Positions 56,581 through 64,000 of a stretch of 64,000 bases of DNA are shown in pieces. Source of the DNA: Anthoceros angustus. Lineage: Eukaryota > Plantae > Anthocerotophyta. The notes beneath the pieces were generated by a model. It saw only the letters and a list, made by a program, of their open reading frames with translations, searched no databases and was not told the DNA's origin. The DNA lies in contig MU008216.1 in the NCBI GenBank assembly GCA_010909165.1, positions 1 to 64,000 of the forward strand. The letters are read 5' to 3'. Within the stretch, counting starts at the first letter, position 1; each line of letters starts with the position of its first letter. A program made the translations under genes and the position numbers.

Positions 56581-58176
56581 TTGCTCGTAGTGGCGGCTAT
56601 ATGGCATGGAGGAGCGGGAGTATACTTCTTCTTGCATGTGTCGCTCAATCAGTATGACTCTATACCTTGTCCGTGGGCGACCAAAAAGGTTGTGGTGCGG
56701 ATGGTGGGATCACCTCGACGTGATCGCCACTCTCCGCCTGTGTCATCACCAACTCGGCCCAGCTGGTCTGTGCAGCTGCAGTACTAGGTCCGCAAAGTAA
56801 GAGAGCAGATGCAAGCTGGCCACCCTTTATCCTGCTCAGTTTAGAAACGACAAGTAATGGCCGAGGACTTTGACAAATTCACAAGTCTTGTGCTAAAGCT
56901 TACTATGCGTGTGTATAGTGTGTATCGTCTCTGTGACATTTCATAAAGATACTTCCGTGACAAATGGTTTCTATTGTTTCTTCAATCTAAGCGCCTCAAC
57001 GGCGATCTTCCATAAGGCGGCGACGGTGGGTGATGCCTTTTCCTTCCTCCGTGGTTTTATGTGTCCGCTTATTCACCTTTTCGCAGCATATGACATTGTG
57101 GGTAATGGTCACTTTAGGAGGAGCTTAGTTACCTTTCACTCCGATCTCCGGGTCCCCATTTGTTGTCCCCTCCTAGATGGTCTCTTTCCATCGTTCTTTC
57201 ACCTCAATAAATCATCCAAAAACGTCTTATAATGAATACATACTCTTTACAACTAGGTACATAATTATAGGTATCTAACCATGACATAGTTATAAGTATA
57301 GACCTCATATATTAATATATACCTTGTCACATATTCCACCAAACAATGCACATGCTAAGTGATTATGCTTTCTTCCAACGCTCCATCCATTTGTGCGATT
57401 TTCAAAGCTACCTTTCGCTCAGATCACAGATAACACGTGCGCTTGTGCGTCGAAAACCTATGCCATTGTTTTGAAGGTTCATTCCACAACTTGCAGATTC
57501 AGCTGGCGACACCGAATCGCCAGGAAATATGGGATGACCATCTCCTTTCTTCTATTCGTGATCGACCATCACCCGCTTCGACGACCGCAACTCAATGTCC
57601 GCGTCTGTCACGACTTCCCCTACACAAACCACATTTCTAGTGGCGACATCGATGTCCCCGGATGCGATCACCGTGCTTGTTTAGGTTGACGCAGCCCACA
57701 CTGCCAAGATGGAAGACAGTACTATCAAAATCTACCAAAGATCCAAAGCGTAAATATCTCCAGCATACTTCCGCCATGGATGCACTTACCACAACGTGGC
57801 GGCAGCGGCTTCTGACTCTTCGACGCCGTGGACTCACTCCTCCCGCATCTTCAACATCCGCGCCCGTCTTCTCGTACCCGCACCTAAGCCGGTACTGCTT
57901 TCTCCCCGCCTCCGCCTCCACCTTTTGTGCAGCATTGAGCCACTTTACGCCTCTCGCTGTGCCTCACTTGGCCCCATAGGCTGCAAAATCACCATGCAGG
58001 AAGTAACATTAGGGAAAAGGATCCGCATTCAATTCCTCCCTGCCGCCATTTCCACCGTACTCACACTTTCTGACACATATCTCGTGATTCGTCTTGTGGG
58101 TGGCAATGCACTCACATTTCCACCTTGCATACCATCCCCACTGCCTCCGGCATCATATGAGGGTGACGCCCCTCTT

Positions 58177-60275
58177 TGTTAAGGATAGTGTTGATAATAT
58201 CTCTTATTAGAGGTGCATATATAGTGATATATAGGGGTACATAGAATAATAATTATAAGTACCCGTTCGTTAGGGTTGTGACTTATGGTGAACCGTTATG
58301 GCGTTTAAGTTTAGAATAATAGTGTCTTTTCAGCATAAGCAATTTTAAGTCTTTCTTGATACACAATGATCTATCTATGTAATTGAACAATTTGTGTTTG
58401 ATATAAAACAAGTCTATTTGTTATGGTATCGAGCAAGGTATAGTATGCATCCTAGGAAATGCATAACTATATGCACCAATTTATATAGTTCTATGTTTAC
58501 TTGATCTTCAACATCAAGAAAATAAAAATGAAATTCAAGAAACATTTCTTGCTCTAAACATTTTATAAAAACATAAAAAGGAGTTGAAACCTAGCAAATT
58601 AAGGTAGCAGTCCTAGTGTATACGGATTGAGCAACATGGAAATATACTAGGACAAGCACTGATTGCGGTTAAAAATATTTAGAGCAATAGAATGCATTAG
58701 TCATTTTAATGCATTCTAGCAAAATATTAATTGGCCAAATGAATGGCCAGCAATCGATTCTACGATCGGTCATTGCAACGGAGCGCGATTCTCGCAATGT
58801 TTGAATCATGATCGCATGTCCAAAGGCAAGCAAACCAGTCAACAATTCCACAAGACCTTCATCGGAGGATCAAAGGCGGATAGCTCTCAATGAAGGCCAA
58901 TCAATCCTAGCTCGAGTTAAGGAAGTCCTTCAATATATTGATTCTTCTTTACCCTAATGAGCGACATCCTTTTACATCTTTGCGAAATTCATGCTCAACG
59001 TGCCTTCGATATGAGAACAAATCTCAAAGGTCTCTCTACACATGTACAACACAATCGTAAGTAATTTGGCCAAAAGAATTGAAGCACATCAGAGAAGTGT
59101 GAATAGAAGATGCAAAATCTTGAGGGAGAATTGCTCTGTTGGATCGATGTTCGATTTGAAACAACATATTTTTCATATTGATTCTCAATTGCTAGCTTTT
59201 CAAGCTGAATTAGTTCATCAACTTTTACAATCGTATCCCGGCCTTCTAGCACATCCCGCAGAGTCAATAGTTTCAAATCCTCTCCTCATTGTCCACTCAA
59301 ACAATAGGTGGGCAATCGGGAATAATAGAAAATTCCAGCAAGTAATGTTTCACGCACATCACGACCACTACCTTTGTCAACGACTCGATTGTAGCCCACC
59401 TTGTTATATTCCTCACCATCTTTATTCCATCCATCCCTAAAATGATCTTACGTTAACGCAATAGGATAGCTCATGAGACATATCTGTTGGTATCCATCAC
59501 CTAACCTCTTTCACTCTAAGTGTGAGTTCCTTTTCATACTTGAACATGGGTGAGCCTTCATCCAAGATGAATTATATGGGAGGTGATGGTTTTAGGAAAA
59601 GGATAGATTTGGTGGACGACTATGACATTTGGGTTATGAGGATGCGGGGCATTCTTCATAGTAAAGACTATGGAAGATGACCATTGACGAGGAAAAGGTT
59701 GAGGGCACGGACCCGGATTTCGAAGCTTGGGCTCAAGAACGAGCATGCCATGTACATAATTAGAAGTGGTCTTACTGATGCGCAAACCTGGATGTGCTCT
59801 GATCTGGACTTGTTTGCAAAAATATTGCAACAATACAACTGTCAAATGACGACTGCAATTTCTGAGCATAAAAATGAGGGATGGTGACTACTGGAGAAGG
59901 ATATTGGGACTTTCGGAATCTTGTTTCAAGGCTTGAAAGTGCTTCTAATGAGTGTCAAAGATGACATGTTGGCCCTATATTTGATGCTTTCCTTACCTCC
60001 ATCCCGGTCACATTTTGTGACCTCATTAAAACTTCAAAGCTCACATGACTAAGAAGTTGGCAAAGGCTTCAAATGTTACTCTCCACGAGATGACGTTCTG
60101 AGTTGGTGGGAGCTCTTCTTGAGGAAGAGGCAACAAGAGGACACGGGGCAAACATGCCCTTTATACCACAAACCGAGGAAAGGGGCAAACCTAATTTTAG
60201 ATTCTTCAAGTCGAAGCCCTCGGAGGGTTCTACACAAAAGAAACCCAAGAAGGCTGGAAAATGCCACGTGCCAAA
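58177..60275 (+). mobile_element. Ty1/copia element D, 5' part only (LTR, PBS, leader with extra ORF, gag)
   Basis: LTR TGTTAAGG...TTTGTTA 58177-58423; PBS TGGTATCGAGC 58424-58434; gag DYDIWVMRMRGIL, AMYIIRSGL, LALYLMLSLPPS..HFVTSL; breaks near the Zn-knuckle. Confidence 0.8.
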
Positions 60276-61049
60276 TTCCGTGCCATTGGGAACATGAATG
60301 TCGAAGAAGCAGCCGGAATACCTCAAGGAGGGCAATTCCACCCGGGCGTAAAAAGAAGCAGCCCTCCCCATCGATCCCCGATCGTAGGGACTAGGGAGTT
60401 TGCTCGCCCTCTTGTTTATCCCACATGCATCCCAAGAACCAGGGAGGAGATCATTCCATGAATGGTACCTNCGCCCGACCTCAACGGTGAGCTGCCAAGA
60501 CGCCCGAGTGTCCCACGAGATACCGCCAGAGCCGGATCCGCGAGCGCAAGGATCGCGAGAATTGTCTCGAGGTCGCAGAAATGACCTTCTCCGCGACCAC
60601 GCCGGAGTAATCACCTGGAGGGCGCTTCCTCGTCTGTGAATCGCGAGGTCTGCATGGCTTACTCGCCCTACGCCGCTGCAGACCGCCTTACGCCGCAGAG
60701 CACGCCGCGGCATTGCGTGAATACCGCTATAACGCCTCGCAAGGTTACGGCCCCGACCGCCGCATGCCCGCCCTCCACTGTGGTCGCCCACGTGGCGCCG
60801 CCAGTCCGCCTCACGCCCAACTTAAGTTACCGGCGACTTCTCGAGTGGGTCCGGACTTATCCTGCTACCTTGTCGCCCGCCATCGAGGCCTAGGTATCGC
60901 TTCACTCCGGAGTCCGAGTATACTCCGAGTGTCCCGAGTGCTAACCGTGCTTATTTCCCTTCATTTTATCCTTTACTCCTACAAAAACAAAACCCTACCT
61001 AATTTCTAACCCCTGTGGAAGTCCGTGTAAAGTCCACACACTACCGGGT

Positions 61050-63684
61050 CGGATGTGTTTTCCACACTACTTCCACCTCACCGCCACCGCTGACGCCCCG
61101 AATTTGAGGTGTACTGGAGCCTGTGATCTTCCACTGGCCGCCTATTGCCGAGGATTACACTGCCTCGCCCACCCAAGCTCGACCTCCTCCTCACTCAACT
61201 CCTCCAAAGTCGCCTCCATAATAGGGAGCCAACCCCACACTGGCAGAAGTATGCACTGGGTCCTCACTTTGAGGTAGGCCCCGATCCCTCCTATTTCCAC
61301 ACATGGATGGAGGTTAAGCACGCTGCCTCCATTCACATATAGACCAGAACATAAGTTTCCTCATCCATGTGCCGAATATAATAGGACCCCGCACTGAGGT
61401 GCTTACCCTCCTCCCGTAGGCTACACCGCTCGCCATGTCTCGCGAGGCGCCACGCCGCACCCCGCCGCCCGCCCACCGCTCCGGGTTGATGCGCCAATGT
61501 CGGTAGCGGCCACTACCGCTGTAGTGGACTCCACCGCTGCTCGCTCAAAGAACCTTGGTAGGTGAGGCTCGCCACTTGCCGCCTTCCGCCCAGTTCCTTC
61601 CGCTACCGCCGTGGGTCCCGCTACCCCGCCCCTTCCCTTTGTCTTTTCTCGCCCGCCACGTGCCTCATCCCGCCTCCCGCTTATACCCGCTAGCTTATGG
61701 GCCTTTTCCACCGAGGCCGCCTCGCCTCGGCTCGCAACAACTCGCATCTCTTGGTTCGCCTGGGCATCCTTAATTTGAGCCATGAGTGCTTCCTCGCTCG
61801 TCATGGCTTGCAACTTCTCCGGCCCCCGCAAATCTTCTTGAATCTTGGCCCTTAGGTTCCGCTTGTCTTCCTCCAATTGCTTGCGCTTGGCCTCCTCTTC
61901 GTCAAACACGGCCACCACTTCCTCCGTCGCCCCTGCTGAGGCGGTGAGAGCTAAAGCCGCTTGATCCAACAAATGCGCTTGGGCCGGATCATCGGCGTGG
62001 TCGGCTCACCCAAGTCCACTTGTTGTGGCGGCCCCGCCGACGCCATCCTCCGTCGAGAACTTTTCCTCCCGGCAAGGTCGCACCCTCACCAATTGGTTGC
62101 ATCCACCTCTGTTGCCGGTGGAGTCCCCTTGAAAATCTCTTCCCATCTTTGAGGAGGGGTCCGCCTCGAGGTCACCTAAACCCTCGTTGATTCATCATCG
62201 CATCCAGTCGGCTTGTCCTCGGATCGCGCCTCCTCTTACGCCACCTCCAGCCGTTTGGCTTCATTTTTAGCCTTGGCGCGTTTTCGACACAGTGGCCGCG
62301 CCTTCACCTTTTTGATGCCGCCTTTCACCCCGGTCTTCCTCTTTTCTTTGGTGGGAATTTCCTTCTCCTCCTCCGCGCACTGTCGCCAAACTCCCAGCTA
62401 TCGATTTTTCCTCCTTGGGCTCCTCCTTCCGCCCCTCCCTAAGCTTCCACATGTGGAGGAGGCTACAATCTCCACCTCTGGCGGTTAGCGTAAACATAAA
62501 GATGGACGAAATGGTGAGATTAGAGAGGCGGGGGCGGGAAATCAAGTTCAACCTCTCTTCACACAACCGAAGAATTACTTAATCGATCTTCGCCCCTTGA
62601 CCACTTCATGAAGGCAAGCAGTGGTCGACAAATAATCACACTTCTTGTCTGCGAAACATAGGAGCCACTGGCGGACCCATCAAGCTGCTGTTGCCAAATC
62701 CCTCGTCAACGGCCGTTGGGTTCGCGTCGCCCGCTTTAACGCGGTTGCTGCTTGCCGTGCTTCTTTTCTGGGCGGCTCCATCACCAAACCGCCGCCTCCT
62801 CCTTCTTCGCCCATACACCCTAACTAACTCCGGTCCCCAATCCTGCGGCTTCGCTCTAAATCCCCTTTGTTGTTTGTCCTTGGTGTGCGCACACTCTGCA
62901 CAGTCCAGTTCATGTAATTCCACCGCTCTTCCATGAAACCCCGGCTCCTTCACAGCTCGAACTTTCCAATGATCCATGTTCGGCCATTGGGCAAGCACAA
63001 TTCGGTGGTGACCTTGGCGCCATCCTCTCACGGTCTTCACGGTCTCGCGCCTCCGCGCCACCTCGCTGCGAATTTCACGGAGGTCGGTCTCGAGGTTCCT
63101 ACCTCCTCGGCAAGGCGCGCTGTCGTCGCGCCTTCCTCCCTGCGTCGCGCCTCGCGATGGGGTTGGGCTCCTTCCCTTCCTTCGTGCCCTCGCGCCCTCC
63201 TGCGATCGCGCCCCAGTGCCCCGGCTCGACTTCGTCGCGCTTCCGTCGTCGGCGCTCCGCTCCGCTCCGGCCGTTGCGCTCCGTTGTTTGAGAGGATTAT
63301 CATTCCTAGGGTTAAGTTTCCCGGGTTCCCTACTCTGTTAAACCTCTCGGCTTCCCCCAATCCACAACCCCACACTCATTCACCGCTCTTGGCCGACCCC
63401 AAACTTATAGACCTATCACACTCTAATTATTCCAACCCCCTATCTCACATATATAGACTTTTTAGGGAACATTCCAAGTCCATGGGCCAAGGAACACCAA
63501 GTTCCCGGACCATTTATTTTCTAACTTAAAAATCAAAACAAGAAAAAAGAATCCATAGGCCAAGGACATTTCTTCTATAAATACCTCCGCCTACTAACCC
63601 GACTTATTTTCACACCACATCGCCAAACAAAAATTCACTTCCAGCATCGCCCCAACAGGGGTTTCTAAGTCTAGATCGCTTACA
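61050..63684 (-). mobile_element. Module copy 4 (accessory ORF and promoter-like block), inverted relative to copy 2
   Basis: ORF 62636-63061 aligns with 48082-48432 (..GNSS(L)MGPP.A..(F/P)..RQEV); ORF 61142-61336 aligns with ~49700-49900. Confidence 0.78.
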
Positions 63685-64000
63685 TGTGCACACTTTGCCA
63701 AAGATCATCGTCAAGCTTAATCGAGTCCACGACAACCAACCTCCTATCGACGAATAGCCCTCCTATGTCGCTCAATTCTCGCACGCAATGCTCCAACTCC
63801 GCATCCGGCTTGGGCCGGAGGTTCCAGATCTCGACGCCAAAATCAACTCCTGCTGCCACCATCTCGCCCGCCTACCTTCCACCGCCTCGGCGAGGAGGCC
63901 GCCTGTGTCGCCGACATGGAATGAAGATCACTGCGCGGTGGATGAGCGACACCGAGGCCGCTTTGCCCCCATCCTCCCCACCCGTGACACGGTCCATCCA

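Noticed and set aside
56258-56787. ORFs with MYVC/HTYI repeats
   Set aside because: Translations of the (TATG)n microsatellite.
58424-58434. PBS TGGTATCGAGC (also in B) as a novel primer tRNA
   Set aside because: It differs from the iMet PBS by one missing A in indel-prone sequence, and C has the canonical form.
63680-63862. 60-aa protein-like ORF ending at the module boundary
   Set aside because: Too short and close to the window edge; no motif recognised.
1-64000. tRNA, rRNA or snRNA genes
   Set aside because: None recognised by eye; only tRNA-complementary PBS motifs.

Overview
Plant nuclear DNA, probably from a non-seed land plant (inferred from the host proteins and intron style; the species cannot be determined). 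An 8-kb island of three clean host genes (intronless TMEM209/PNET1-like, a spliced DUF1853 gene, and a 10-exon cytosolic ascorbate peroxidase) is surrounded by nested, heavily frameshifted transposons. These are four Ty1/copia elements (A-D), three Ty3/gypsy pol pieces, a 2-3.7 kb ORF-bearing module present four times, CACTA-like ends with a CCCTA terminus, a TA-flanked MITE and a (TATG)n tract. The most unusual content is a TE-embedded gene at 17.9-21.0 kb joining a ParB/Sulfiredoxin-like domain to a beta-class N6A/N4C DNA methyltransferase, with a diverged second ParB-like copy at 36.6-44.4 kb. Copia A and C carry a conserved antisense extra ORF after pol, and Copia C and D carry a coiled-coil ORF before gag. 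The first ~430 bp are a bacterial-type glycosyltransferase operon fragment fused to Copia gag (HGT or chimeric assembly). Many TE frameshifts and tandem duplications may be unpolished long-read errors. All domain calls come from manual motif recognition, not database searches.
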